Of a stretch of 64,000 nt of DNA, positions 13,382 to 34,561 are shown piece by piece (position 1 is the stretch's first letter; each line of letters begins with the position of its first letter). The DNA is taken from NCBI GenBank assembly GCA_012295275.1, contig CM022667.1:6200001-6264000 (forward strand), read 5' to 3'. Source of the stretch: Chrysomallon squamiferum (Eukaryota; Animalia; Mollusca). The notes beneath the pieces were generated by a model. The model saw nothing but the letters and a program-made list of their open reading frames with translations. It searched no databases and was not told where the DNA came from. Both the position numbers and the translations under genes were made by a program.

Positions 13382-13581
13382 NNNNNNNNNNNNNNNNNNN
13401 NNNNNNNNNNNNNNNNNNNNNNNNNNNNNNNNNNNNNNNNNNNNNNNNNNNNNNNNNNNNNNNNNNNNNNNNNNNNNNNNNNNNNNNNNNNNNNNNNNNN
13501 NNNNNNNNNNNNNNNNNNNNNNNNNNNNNNNNNNNNNNNNNNNNNNNNNNNNNNNNNNNNNNNNNNNNNNNNNNNNNNNNN
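13382..13581. other. Assembly gap (200 N)
   Basis: Run of N; a fixed-size scaffolding gap. Confidence 0.99.
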
Positions 13582-14925
13582 AACAATTTATCAAGATCTT
13601 TCAAATGACATACTTGAATCTAACATTTTTAATTAAAAAAATAAATAAATAAATGTTTCTTTCTGCCAAGCCCATAAAAAAAGTTACCTTTTCAATTTAT
13701 ATAGAATTCCACTTACCAATGTCATATATGCAAGCAGCAGGCTAATTTATATGAGAATTCCTCAGAACAACATTGTAAAAGAGAAAACCCTGGATTCACT
13801 ATCACAATTTTCAAAGACCATTAATAAAACTGTTTAAAACCTTTTTATTATTATTATTATTAATGTAATTCAGTTTTACAGATTACAGTTTTGAATGAAC
13901 GTTTCCAAAGAAATTTCAGTGACCATTTAACTCTTTCGAAGATCTTTCAGATATGTTTAAGGTACTGTAATATAATGTATTCAATATACAATACTGTTAT
14001 AACAGTGATAAACAGAACTTATTCATAGTAACATGTTTTTTTGTCACAATGTTTTATTTATTACAGGTACTTATACATGCAGAAAAAAAAAAAAATATAT
14101 ATATATACTGTTTCAGTTAATTTTTTTTTTCAATGTCTTAGGTCCAACATCTTAGAAACAAATTACAAATAATTATAACAGAACTGTCATTTTATTTTTC
14201 AAGCTAACAACAGAAGAAAATGATTATTAGTAAAATATAATTTACCATAAAATTACTATCTTTCTTATTGTTCTAAAACAACATAGGTACAACATCAGAA
14301 CATGGAATGTCATTTCTTTATGAATATCTAATCATTTCATAACAATGGTAAAAAATATAATTCATTTTTGTTTGTTCTTAAAATGACTGAATAAAACACG
14401 ATTATTATTATTATTTATTTTTTTAAATTTTTTTTATTGATATAAAGTGATTATATGAACAGTTTTGCCACAGATACTTCTTGATATTATGCTTTTATAT
14501 ATTTTACATACAAATCACTGATACTACATATTCTAGTGTATATATAGCAAATAAATTGTGGCTCTTTATTGTTAAAAATTAATTTTGTAATTCTGTTATA
14601 TGTTATGTGTAAACTCTATGTATTTGCTTTTCCATGATTTCTCAGTCTTTGTTTTGTTACTACTGGTAGCAGAAACAATAAGGTAATAATAAAAATGTGT
14701 TGGTGTTACTGTGGCATGTGATCTACACATCATGAATCCACTTTGACATCTGACTACAAATGCAGTGCTTATTGACTAGAAAATCAGTTTTGTGATACTG
14801 TTAACAAATGTTCTGCATAAAATCAGCGAATCTACTTCTGTTCCATCCCATCAATCCATCAGTTCATTGTGCATTTCTGGTAATAACTTGTAAACACAAA
14901 TTCCTCACTTAATCTATGATAAAAA

Positions 14926-14972
<47 letters not shown>

Positions 14973-17038
14973 CAAAATAATAATAATAATAATAAATAAA
15001 AAAAATATATGAAAAAGCTGTTAATTGTGAAATACTAATAATTACTGTTGTCACAAAATATTATTATTATTGTTTTACAATGAAATAAAAGAATTATAAT
15101 TTTTTTATAGATATTACCATTTTTAAATTAATTTCAACTGACAAAATAGAAGAAAAAATAGTGTTAATTCTGAGTAATTCATTTCACTCCACTTCATTTC
15201 TTCATCTGCTGTGACTGTGATAGTGTTACTAAGTCACTGTTAAATTAAGTACAAGCCTTATGCAGAGACTATATTTCAGATGGTGCACGATTTCAAAAAT
15301 AAAACAACAATCATAATAATAAATAAAATAAATAAAAATATAGAGAAAAAGTAAAAATTAAATCTGAAATTGATTTCTTTGTTAAACACATATATTTCTG
15401 TGTTCCATTTTAATAGTTAGCTGTTTAACTGTTTTGTTACAATTGGGTTTTGGAAACAATTAGTATTAATGTTGATATATTAATTTATGTATTAAAAGCA
15501 GTTTTACCTGTTAAAGACACTAAATGATGCATGCAGAAATTTCATTATTTTTTACTGATGTGGACTACATAAAAGCTGAAGGAAAGAGAAACATAGCTGT
15601 AATAAATGAAAATATGTTTATATTCTCAAAGAATACCTGGAAGTGCCGAAACTGTTAAAAATTCATAGAAATGTTTAGTTTCTAGGCATCTTTTAATATT
15701 AACTTTAATAACCATTTTTATTCTGTCAATTCGTATCTGATAATCTGCAGTCAACAATGCCTGATTTCTATAACAAAATAGATTTAGACACATTTTTTAA
15801 TTTGCAACAGGCTTCTCAGTTTCCATTTGTAAATCGAAGATTGCAGCTTCCATGCCACTGACAGATTCAGAATTACTCATTTACATAATGAGATTAAATA
15901 GCTTAATATATTCTGTAATAATTGATATTTCATTTACTGATATGCTGACGACTTTTGACAAATACAAATGAAGAAGAATCTGATAATGAATATGAAAGTC
16001 ATCCCAATTCCAGTTTCGTCTATCAATCACTCAGGCTGTACTGATATTCATTACCCTGAAAAAGTGGCTGACCTGTTTGGAACTGACAGTGGAGCACTGT
16101 CTACTACTTGAACAGAAATAGCAGCTGTCTAGTAGTTTAATAGTTAATTATGTTACAAGAATTTGAAAATGTCAATTTTTTTCTGTGAATAAATAATGTG
16201 ACTGATTAGTAAAATGCTCCTAATAAAACTCTTTAAAACACAGCTGCTGTGAACACATACATAATGTTATGTATCCCTAACTTGTAGAAAAACAATTACT
16301 AACATAGTTATCCCGTATATCATGTTTACTTATTTTACAAGGGTGCTAGTGATAATGCATGGATATGAAATGTATATACATTTGTATTCATAGATGAAAT
16401 TTGTTTTAAATGTTTATGTTATTGGGTCAGAAGATTTCGTTTTATTGTCATAACTTGGATAGAATTTTGATCTCATTAGACTTATTTCTTATTTAGAACT
16501 TCTTTTCAAAGATTATATGTTTGATACGTTTTCATTTTAATTCATAAAACCAGCTCACTACAGAATTTCCTATAGGTGTGAAGTATAATTAATATATCTA
16601 AGAAATTTTTCATTTGAAAAATAGTCCTATGAACAAGCTCTGCCTTACATGTAACGAGCTCTTTGACCTGTCGTAATGATCTGTGCTTTACGTATTAAAG
16701 TAACTCGTATTTGTGTGTTATAACCAGCTATGCTTTATGTCGTAATGAGCTCTGCTTTACCAGTTAGCAATGTCTGTTTTACGTCTTTTTAGTACTTTTC
16801 ACATTATATCTATATACACATTCATATACAAGTCTACGCTGCACATTGTAATAGTCACTTCGTTATGTGCAAAACTTTCAAGGTTATATTTTATAAGGAA
16901 AAGAAAAATCCAAAAATAAACAGAATAAATCAAAACATTCAGTAGTGTAGTGTTACGGTATTAAAACAAATAAATAAATAGTGCTATGCATTAAAGAACT
17001 TTTTAATTCAGATTGTTATTCTACTCTGATTTTAACAG

Positions 17039-17142
17039 ATCACACAATACCTGAGACAGCACTTGCCACCCGGACAAGACCTGTAGTATGGACAATTACC
17101 GTGTGCATTATTTGGTGAGTCAGTCTGTGTGTGTGTGTGTGT

Positions 17143-17188
<46 letters not shown>

Positions 17189-17433
17189 GTGAGATATATG
17201 TTTGTTTAAGTTGCTTTGTTTATTTGTTATTGGTGTTGTTTCAAAACCGAACTTGTTTTAATCACCCACTCAAGTAAATATCTTTTCACAACTTCTGCTT
17301 AAGAGAAAAGTAACGAAAGTTTTATATGTATCTGACTAAACGTTAATTTGATTTCGTCAGCTAATTATATTTCTTGTATATTATTTATTGCAGCTTGGAG
17401 ATCATCACTAGTGAATTATTTTCTCAGTACTGA
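17039..17433 (+). pseudogene. Inverted copy of the C-terminal cassette (exons 17039-17114 and 17394-17433); no upstream V exon seen
   Basis: HTIPETALATRTRPVVWTITVCII / (C)LEIITSELFSQY*, with intact splice sites and the same 76+40 bp lengths as genes A and B. Confidence 0.7.
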
Positions 17434-17580
17434 GATCAGTGCTGGAATGTTCTTAACAAATTTACTGTTGCTTGTTTCTGCGATTCGTTTTAAATAATAT
17501 TTAACAAATTAATTAATTCAATGATTTTTTCTACATTAATAAATTGAAACTTTTTTATTTGTTGAAGAGGCTTCTCAGAA

Positions 17581-17644
<64 letters not shown>

Positions 17645-17699
17645 GAGATTATGCATAATCATTTCTTTTTCTCCTTTTTTTTTTAATTTTTTAATTGTT

Positions 17700-17749
<50 letters not shown>

Positions 17750-18622
17750 TTCTTTATGTAAATTGTTCTTCTCACACAACTTGCTCATGTTTCACTTTCT
17801 GGCTTGTTTTGGAGTTTCTCTTTCAGTAACATCTCAGTTTATTAGAAATGTGATGTTGAATATGTTCATTTACTTTATTTACTACCTCATTTGGTTTTGA
17901 TATTTTAGTTATGATTGTTGTTAAACTTTATAATTTATACTGAATGAATACTAGCTAGTTTTCAAGTAAATCCTAAAAGTTAATAAATAAAATATTGCTA
18001 TGTTAAAAATTTGTGTTATGTTGTCTGTTTATTTTTGTTTTCTTTTGATTTGTTTTAAGAACGGTTTACATTTTTGTCCTATTTCGTTAGTAAATTTCAT
18101 ATTCCAAAATATTTCTATTCACATGTTATTAGCAACTTATAGAGTTGGTGTCGTTGTTGTTCACCCATTTTCTTATTTAAAGCTTGGAATAATATAATTG
18201 TATCTATAATAGTTCTTCTTTCTTTTAGATTAATATGAAAAATATTTATAACTATGTAATTATTACGTTTTGACTGGTTATGATTACGTGATTTTCATTA
18301 CATCATAATTATGTAAATGTTCGCTGACAAAATGTAATTTATAACATAAAAATGTTAGTTTGTGAAAAAGTATTTTCGTTACATACAATTAAAGTGATAT
18401 TTACATAACCTTAAAATGTTATACAAGAAATTCAGACGTCTGAGAGTGTGTTGATATTTTGGGTATTGCATCATTTCATTATTTCAGTGATTACTTCATT
18501 ATTTATTTATTTATTTATATATATATATATATATCGTCATGTGTGTGTGTGTTTTAGTTGTTTTTTCTAGTGTCCAGGTTGTGTTGTTGTTTCCTTTGAT
18601 TCAATGTTTTTATTTACTGCAG

Positions 18623-18716
18623 GACGTAGATGATATTTATGCAATTGTGGATAAAACTGAGAAACTTGGAGTGGATTAAAAAATATAAGTTAAAAAAAAG
18701 AAGACAAAGAAAACTG
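18623..18716 (+). pseudogene. Cytoplasmic tyrosine-motif pseudo-exon (DVDDIYAIVDK...)
   Basis: ttactgcag acceptor and GTTTGT donor; two in-frame TAA codons. Confidence 0.6.
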
Positions 18717-19322
18717 GTTTGTATGACAGAGATTTCTAAAATTATATTGCAACAGTTTTGTTTATATCACATCAGTAGAAAAGAAAGAGAAAAAAGTTAT
18801 TTGGTTTTTGCATTTCGAATCTTAGGAAAATGTAATAAAGTCTAATGTGTATGTGTGTGTGTATAAATATATATATATAGATATATAGTATGTTTAAAAT
18901 TTTATTCAGAACTTTTATTTTAAGAAAACGTCTTTGACATCACAGTAAATGTGAAATAATTTCTAAAGATAAATTGTATATCACAAGATATATAAAAATC
19001 ATGTCTAAAAAACAAGGCAGAAAAAGGAAGTAATAAATTGAAATCAAAATTAATTATGCTTACTGACAGTGTAATTTTGTGTATGCTACAAGCATTATTT
19101 TGTTGGCTTATTTTAGCAACTGTATTGAATGTGAATTTTCTGTTTGAACAAATGGAAACAAGCAGTTTTTCATATTGTATAATTATGTCGATGGTGAATG
19201 ATTTGTTGTGTTACGATTTACGTCTATTTTTAATATTGCATTGTGTTTATTCTTATTTTTTTACCTTTAAAGAACTACTTGTTGAAATTATTTGGTAAAT
19301 CAAATATAATTATTTTTAAAAG

Positions 19323-19412
19323 GAATATGAAGATAAGCACATCTATGGTAATGACAACACTACATTTGTTAAAGATGAAACGTCAAACAAAAAGACTAAA
19401 AGAAGCAATGAG
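19323..19412 (+). CDS. Putative cytoplasmic exon with YxN motif (EYEDKHIYGNDNTTFVKDETSNKKTKRSNE)
   Basis: Open 90-bp phase 0-0 reading between an AG and GTTTGT; hydrophilic and Lys-rich; lies between other cytoplasmic exons. Confidence 0.5.
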
Positions 19413-19587
19413 GTTTGTACATTTTTAACATTATTTTCAATCATCAACTTTTGTTTGTTTTATATTTTTAAAGATAGTTATATTATCGGTGAAAGGTTTT
19501 ATGTATTTCATCCATTGTAATGGTATCCAAATATAATTTGCCAGAATCCTATTGTTACATTTTCAGATTTATATATATATATATATA

Positions 19588-21082
19588 CTCTAACAAAAAA
19601 GAAACGTAAAAGTAGATATTATTGACATTGGGAATATCGATCTAATGAATCAACAGAAAGCAGCAGAATGTTCACATTTTACACACACTTTCGCACCTCA
19701 TTAATATTGATGGTATTACATTGAAAAGGTTAAAATTCAAGGTTATAACAGTATAATATCAATACCTTGTGTGCCCACCATGGGAGTCCAGAACTGCCTG
19801 ACCTCTCCTTCCAATGGCAGTAATCACATTAGGAATTACACCTTGTGGAATGGAGGCCCACTCTGTCTGGAGGAATAATGCCAACTGAGCACGATTCTGT
19901 GGCTGTGGTTTATGCTGCCTCAGTCGTCTATCCAACTAGTCTCATAAATGCTCTATAGGGTTCAAATCCGGAGATTTAGGGGGCCAGGGCAGGACGTGAA
20001 TGTTATTGTTGTGTAGGTACGCTGTTGTGAGTTTGGCTGTATGTGGTCTCGCATTGTCGTGATGGAATACAGCATTACCATTATTCATAATTGGAGCGAC
20101 ATGTGGCTGCAAAATTTCATCTCGGTATCTCTGTGCCGTTAAGTTGTCTTGGATGTGAACCAGGTTGGTCCTGCCAGTGTATGAGATTGCTGCCCATACC
20201 ATCACACTACCACCACCAAATCTGTCAACTTCCTGTATGCAATTTGCAGCAAAACGTTCACCACGACGTTTGTAAACTCGACATCTTCCATCAGCTCGAT
20301 GAAGTAGAAATCGAGCCTCGTCACTAAACCAGACAGTTATCCATCGTAATTGAGGCTAGACTCTGTGCACTTCACACCACTAACGTCGTAGTTGACGATG
20401 TTGTCGAGTCAAAATCACTCTTATTACAGGATGTCTGGCTCGAATACCTGCCTCTCGTAAACGGTTGCGCACTGTTTCAGCCGATATTCTACACAGACCT
20501 GGTATTGGTGAATCAGTAGAGGTTACCGTGGTGGTTATTTCCCGTAGATAAAGTACCGTATGTAGCGGTCCTGGGCCCTGGTTGTTACACGTGGTCTACC
20601 TGATCTAGGACGGTCAGGTTTTGTTTGGTGTTGCTGGAACCGATATCACAATCTCAAGATGGTGCTTGGGGATACATGGAACACCCGGGCTACGGCCGAG
20701 AAGGATTCGCCAGCTGTTAAACGGCCGATGGCGTTGTTTCGTTGCGGTTCACTCAGTCGTGGCCTTTGTTTCATGTTGGGGGTCAGAACAAAAGTAACGA
20801 ACAGAAGTATTCGAAAACCTTGCATTTTTATAATCCTCGAATTCAAGTTTCATGTGCCGTACGTGCACATGCATTGGTAGCGTGGTTTACGTGCGGGGAC
20901 GTTTTGGCTAATAAACACGATCATAGCCTTTATTTTGTGTTACCTGCTTTTTGGCGCCTGTAACAAAAGCTATATTTTTGAATCACGAAATGTCATTATA
21001 TTAATAGTTTGTACATTGATATGTGTCAGTTTAAAATAGTTATCTAAGAAAGCAACCATTTTGCGTTTCTTTTTTTGGAGAG
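19588..21082 (-). mobile_element. Full-length Tc1-family (DD34E) transposon with a defective transposase (19759-20774)
   Basis: TIRs CTCTAACAAAAAAGAAACGTAAAA / TTTTGCGTTTCTTTTTTTGGAGAG flanked by TA. MKQRPRLSEPQRNNAIGRL HTH; DNARPH-...-SPDLNPIE with 34 residues between D and E; ends GGHTRY*; internal stops and frameshifts. Confidence 0.93.
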
Positions 21083-21187
21083 TATATATAATTGTTATTT
21101 TCATAGTGTTTATAATCACAAAAAAACAAACAAAAAAATATATAAAAGTGATAAAATCTTATTTTGTGTTATTTTTATGTTTTACAG

Positions 21188-21348
21188 CAGCAACAGCTAA
21201 AAGAAGAAATGAATGTCAGCTGGTTTACACTGAAGTTGAGTTTACAAATGAGAAAATGTCACAGCCCATCTACAATAAAGAAGAACTGACAGTGTACATT
21301 CAGATTGACTTGAGTTTATTGAACTCAAAATTTGTTTTTTTTCATTAA
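21188..21348 (+). CDS. Terminal cytoplasmic exon with ITIM (LVYTEV) and ITSM (TVYIQI)
   Basis: tttacag acceptor; ATAKRRNECQLVYTEVEFTNEKMSQPIYNKEELTVYIQIDLSLLNSKFVFFH*. Confidence 0.7.
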
Positions 21349-22930
21349 TATATTTTTTTTAAAGTACAACTTATGCATTATTCTTAAATTCAAAGAACAG
21401 TGTAAACACATTTTCACTCAAACAAGACAGATAGACATAAAAACAAGTATCAATCAAGTAATATTAACTAGAATTACTAAGCAGTGAATTTTAGAAACCA
21501 CTTTAAATTTGAGTTAATATGAGTTTACAGGTCCACATTAACAGAACATGTAACATTTTAATTATATTTATTTATTTTAAAACAACCTGTATTATAATAA
21601 TAATTGTAAGATACGAGTATCCCTTTGTTATAACAAAAACAACACAAAGAAAACATGAAATCTTTATTTGCTAAACATGACATAAACAAGAAAGAATAAT
21701 ACAGAATTAGACAAATGTTTTCTTATACCTTGCTATTTATTTGCTAAATATTGTTTATAAATATCCCAGTTAAAGTGTTTCCATTCAGCTTGGCTTCTCT
21801 CAAATAATTTTCTTGAGATAATTCTGTCAAAAAATGTTAAGATTTGTTGAAATTTAAGCAGGTGGCCTAGTAAACATATATATGATAGAATTAGGTCTCA
21901 CTGGTTATTGATCTTGTTCTGGTTTTGCTTTTGGTTTTATAAATTCAATCTACACTTTCTGTGTTAATCTAGTTACTATAACATTTTTGTGCTAAGATTG
22001 CAAGCGCTATGAAGAATTAATTACTTTGATGTACTTTACACCGGTGAAGTTAGTAGGAAGAAGAAAAAGTGCGTCGATAAAAACATTCATTTAGTAGGAA
22101 AATATTCACTAATTATAGCAGACTACTAAACATAGAAAAAAAAAAAAAAAAAAAGAGACATTCTGAAAGTGAGGATTAGTTTTAGTCAACTTTTATGTCA
22201 GCTAGATTTCTGTGACGAAGCAAAGAATCAAGGAAGTTGATAGCTATATATATGTATATATTACAAGATCCATAATGAATTAAAAAAAATGCTCATATAA
22301 AATGGAGCAGCATGAATAAATATAATCTCGAGCAAACAGTAAAGTAATCAGTATAGCAACACATAATACAATAATTTATTATGTGCAGAATAATGCAACA
22401 TGGTCCCGATCTAAACTGTTTGTCATTTTGAAAAATATGCTATCATACACTTTTCTAATTTACAACAACTGGGAATTTCAGGTTTTCTAATACTTATGCA
22501 TAAACCGTATCTGTATGCAATTCAAATACCGACAAAAAGGTGACATTATATTTATATTGTTAAATATATATTACTATTCAGACTTAAGTATAAATATGGT
22601 TTCATTTTACGTATAAGAGCATACAAAAAATCATGAAGTGGCACAATTTTCATTCATTCATTTATCTTCGTTTCTTTATTTTATTGTTTATTTATTTATT
22701 ATTATTATTTTTTTTTTCACACACCGAAGTCTGTTCGTGTAATACTGTACTAGAGTTCATAAGTGTGTATACATTGTTTAATTCCAAATATAATAAATAT
22801 ATATCTATCTCTCTATATCTCTCTATCCATCTCTCTCTCACTCAAATGCACACGAAATTCAGGTTATTTGTATGGATGTTACTTAATTATAATTTGAAGA
22901 TATCATCAAATGTCAGACATCAGTTCAGGT

Positions 22931-23654
22931 TCATTGAATAAGCAAATATGAAATACAAGACACAATCAAAAACATCTGAGTTGAGCCTGTGACTTCATAC
23001 ACAGTGAGTTCAGAGTGTGGTGAGTCTTTTCTAGCTTCCAGTGATGAGTAATTGTTTGTAGTATCCGTGTTTCTGTCAGTATCTGAAAAATAGTCTTGAT
23101 TACAGAGTTACACATTAAACTGGAACTGTAGTTATCACAGTATTACTAATAGGATAAAAATAAATAATAGTAATATCAACACAGGCAGCAGTAGTAGCAC
23201 GTTGTGTTGCTTTCGTTGTTTTTATATAAGATTAATGACAAAACAAAATAATACTTACATTACTTTTATATAAATTACGTCTTATCACAGTTACTGTTAA
23301 CATGTAATAACCAAGCTGTACACTTTCACCGATTATTTTCTTTCTTATTAAAATGTATCAATGGAACTTTATTTTTTACCTTTTCAAGCTATATTTTACC
23401 GTGAATTCTGATCACATCCTTTACTGATAATAAAGACGATATTACTGTAATACGACCAAAAAGGGCATTGTATTTCTGTACATGATTTCTTAGAAATTTT
23501 GAAAACAAAAATTACAGGCGTACAGCGTGTTTCTCATTTAACTGATCAGCATCACAGAAACTTTAACCTGTTGCACTTTGTATGTATATACTGACCTTGA
23601 TTTTGTTGAAGATCATCATAGAGAGAAGATTCCTGTACTCCAGTGTTAAACTGT
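22931..23654 (-). CDS. Two cytoplasmic exons (23596-23654, 22931-23082) with YxxL motifs
   Basis: A phase 2-1 exon QFNTGVQESSLYDDLQQNQ joins in frame to DTDRNTDTTNNYSSLEARKDSPHSELTVYEVTGSTQMFLIVSCISYLLIQ*; canonical splice sites. Confidence 0.6.
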
Positions 23655-24631
23655 CTGAAACAAGCAAATAACATCAAGAACAAAAAGAACAAGAACATAG
23701 CAACAACAAGAACAGAAACAAAAATCAATCAGAAGTGGAGAATTCTTGAATTTTAGTTTATTTAAAAGTTTATATTTGTGCGTGTCTGTGTATATACATT
23801 ATTATAATTATTTTTAAATTACCCATAATATTAAGATATCAAAATGATATTGTTGATGCAGAAGTAAATCAGGCTTAAATTGTTGAGAAATTAATCATAA
23901 ATTTTGTTTTATTGTTTTATTATTAAACAGTTTTAGACTTTCCTAAAATGAGAATAATCTTGACAATGTAAGAAATATAAAATAATTCCTACTGATTTTT
24001 GTTTTACAAGAATTAAATATGAATTTTGTTTATTTATTTATTTTGATACACAAGATTTATAAAATTTTAGTTGTAATTTACCATAATGACGGGAAGGTTA
24101 ATTTTTTGATATAAATATACACAAAGACTAGTGTGTGCTCCTTTGAACCCAATATTGGGTATACATCGAGGGTATTTCAAGGAGATCAGACTACCTTGCT
24201 TGTTGCCAAATAGTTTGAATACAAATCTGTTACTATCATAATGGAAAGAGTCGTTTTCTATATAAATAGTCATAAACACTCCAATATACATTTTAAATGA
24301 AGGTTCCTTCTTATATGATTCTGTTCTGAAATATCCTTTTATTTTTTACTTTCTAAAAATCATTAACGAAATTAGACAGGGCAAGGAGAATAGAAAGCCA
24401 TTTTTTATTTCTGTTTTTGTTGTTTTATATTGTAAAACTATACAATATACATTAGATATACATCGAGAGTATTTGAAACAGATTGGACTATTATTTCAGG
24501 AAAAATCTGTTAAAAGCGAAAAGTATTTTTATTAGTATTTCCCGTACTTAACATGGATAAGTAATTTAATTCATTTTTTCTTACCACAGATAAAAATCTG
24601 TTGTTCTTTCGTTGAGATTTTGAATCTATAC

Positions 24632-24670
24632 CTTAGATTTTTCCACAATTCCATAAATATCATCTACGTT
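24632..24670 (-). CDS. Short tyrosine-motif exon (NVDDIYGIVEKSK)
   Basis: ttactgcag acceptor and GTATAG donor; 39 bp, phase 0-0; truncated paralog of the YAIVDK exons. Confidence 0.45.
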
Positions 24671-25822
24671 CTGCAGTAAATAAAAACACTGAATCAAAGG
24701 AAAAAACAACACAACGTGGACACTACAAAAAACAACTAAAACACACACATACACAAACACATACAGACACACAAGTACACACAAACCACATATATACATA
24801 TTAAAAAAAAATAATAATAATAATGAAGTAAACAATGAAATAACGAAATGATTCAATACCCAATATATCAACATACAGACGTCTGCATTTCTTGTATAAC
24901 ATTTTAAGGTTATGTTATTATGACTATTTGTATGTAATGAAAATACCTTTTCACAAACTATAACATTTTTCTGTTATAAATTACATTTCGTCACAATAAC
25001 TAACCTTGCACACATTTACTTAGTTATGATCTAATGAAAATACGTAATCATAACCAAGTCGTATCGTAATAATTACATAACTATAACAATATACTTTTTC
25101 AAAAACTATTGTATTTTTATATTATAAATTACAGTTACTATAACTAACCACGAGAACATTTACATAATTATGAAAATTATGTAATCATAATCAACTAATA
25201 ATGTAATTATAAAGTAATATTTATCATATTAATCTTAAAGAAAGAAGAACTATCATAGATACAATTATATTAGCCCAAGCTTTAAATGGGTGAATAATAG
25301 CAACTTTATAAGCATAGTTCCTAATAACATATGGATAGATATATTTTGGAATATTAAATTTACTAACCAAACAGGACAAAATGTAAACAAATCAAAAGAA
25401 AACAAAAATAAATATTGGTTACTCAAACACTTTTCATCAGCAGACATTTCCTATGTAACCATTGCAACAGACAACATAAGAAGAACAAATTTCAAGATAG
25501 CAATATTATATGTATTCACTTATAGGACTTACTTGAAAACTAGCTGGTATTCATTGAGAATAAAGCTTAACAACAATCATAACTAAAATATCAAAACCAA
25601 ATGAGGTAGTAAATAAAGTAAATGAACATATTCAACATCACATTTCTGATAAACCAAGATGTTACTGAAAGAGAAACTCTAAAACAAGCCAGAAAGTGAA
25701 ACATGCGTGAAACATGAGCAAGTTGTATGAGAAGAACAATTTCCATAAAGAATGATATATATATAAAATTAACATTAAAATTTTTTAAAAAAGGAGAAGA
25801 AGAAGAAATGATTATGCATAAT

Positions 25823-25904
<82 letters not shown>

Positions 25905-26050
25905 AAATTCTGAGAAGCCTCTTCAACAAATAAAAAAGAATCAATTAATTAATGAAAAAACATTAATTTAATTAATTTGTTAAATATTATTTAAAACGAA
26001 TCACAGAAACAAGCAACAGTCAATTTGTTAAGGAAATTCCAGCACTGATC

Positions 26051-33252
<7,202 letters not shown>

Positions 33253-34561
33253 TTCTGTAGAAAGAACAAAATTATGTACTTCAGTATCAATAAATTTATC
33301 TAAACTCAACCACATACACTATCCAACAGCGAAAAACAGTTAATGAAATTGATTATGATGAAAAACCAGTTAACATTAATTCAAATATGGCAATGTTAAT
33401 ATATACGAAATAGAATTAGGCATGATCAATAAATTTGTAGGTTTGATGATTTTCATGACTTTTTCTTTATTACAGAGATATACAGAAATGATCAACATCA
33501 GAAATATATCGCTCTGATTGGTAGATAAAGCTTGACATTCACATCAAGGGGAAACTCTTGCATGTTCTGTGTTACATAAAGAACAACCATCGCTCGGCAA
33601 TTCCTCCTGACAAAAACAGACTGATTGCAAACAAAACAGTTATTAAAAGCCATTCACAAATGAATGAATTTTATCTTGAACAAATGAAATCAGGGCACCA
33701 GAAACTTGTATTTATTCATATGCAAATGATGTCTGCCCATCTGATATTATGTAACAAGATCATTGTGCTTAATGTTGTCTTTTCTTTTGTCTTTTTTAAA
33801 ACTCAAAAGAAGTTTATTTTAATTATATTATTTTCTATCTCAAATGAAATGTTCACAAAACCCAAAATATTAGCAGACAGAACAAATTATTGGTAATGTT
33901 TAACAACATTCATATTTTGGCAATGAAGAGAGTAGAATGACACTGAATTGCATTTAAACTGAAATGAAACAGCTTTGCTCCAGAAGAACTGCAACAGTAA
34001 AAAACTGCCCACAGAAGTAGATTTTGTTTGATCAGATATATTGAATTGTTTCGCCATTTATTGTGCTTATTGCAACCAAACCTAAATGGTTCTTTTTCTT
34101 TTCTCTTCAGATTTTTGTTATGTATAGAAATGAGTGTAACAGTTGTATGTAGACAAGCTCATGTCTCCTAAGAGGTTTTTGCATCTAATGTTTGGTCAGA
34201 ATTTTCGATATCTGGGCACGTAGTCGATTAAACTCGAAAGTCAAGGTACTTTACGTATGTGTGTGTGTGTGTGTGTTTATATATATATTTAACTGTTCAA
34301 GAAAGAACTCTGAGATAGGTATATCTTAATTAGTTTCACTTCCTACAAAATTAGTGTCTATCGATACCATTTTAACGCGGCTTATACTTCAGTACCTTGC
34401 GGTTCCTGTCGGTAGTTAGTATATCAAGAACGTCTTATTCACAACCAAATGAATCATTTTCAACATAACGATATCCAGTATAATTATCGCATGATTTGTG
34501 TATAATAAAAAAAAAAAAAAAAAAATCTGATAATTTAATATAATTATAGCAAAATACTCAC

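Noticed and set aside
15508-15532. Candidate signal-peptide exon for gene C (MHHLVSLT-G, phase 1, GTAAAA donor)
   Set aside because: Phase fits, but it is very short, lies across the scaffold gap and falls inside the inverted unit; not supportable.
16630-16785. Short degenerate repeats (gagctctgctttac...gtaat) as a CRISPR-like array
   Set aside because: Eukaryotic context, irregular degenerate minisatellite, no unique spacers and no cas genes.
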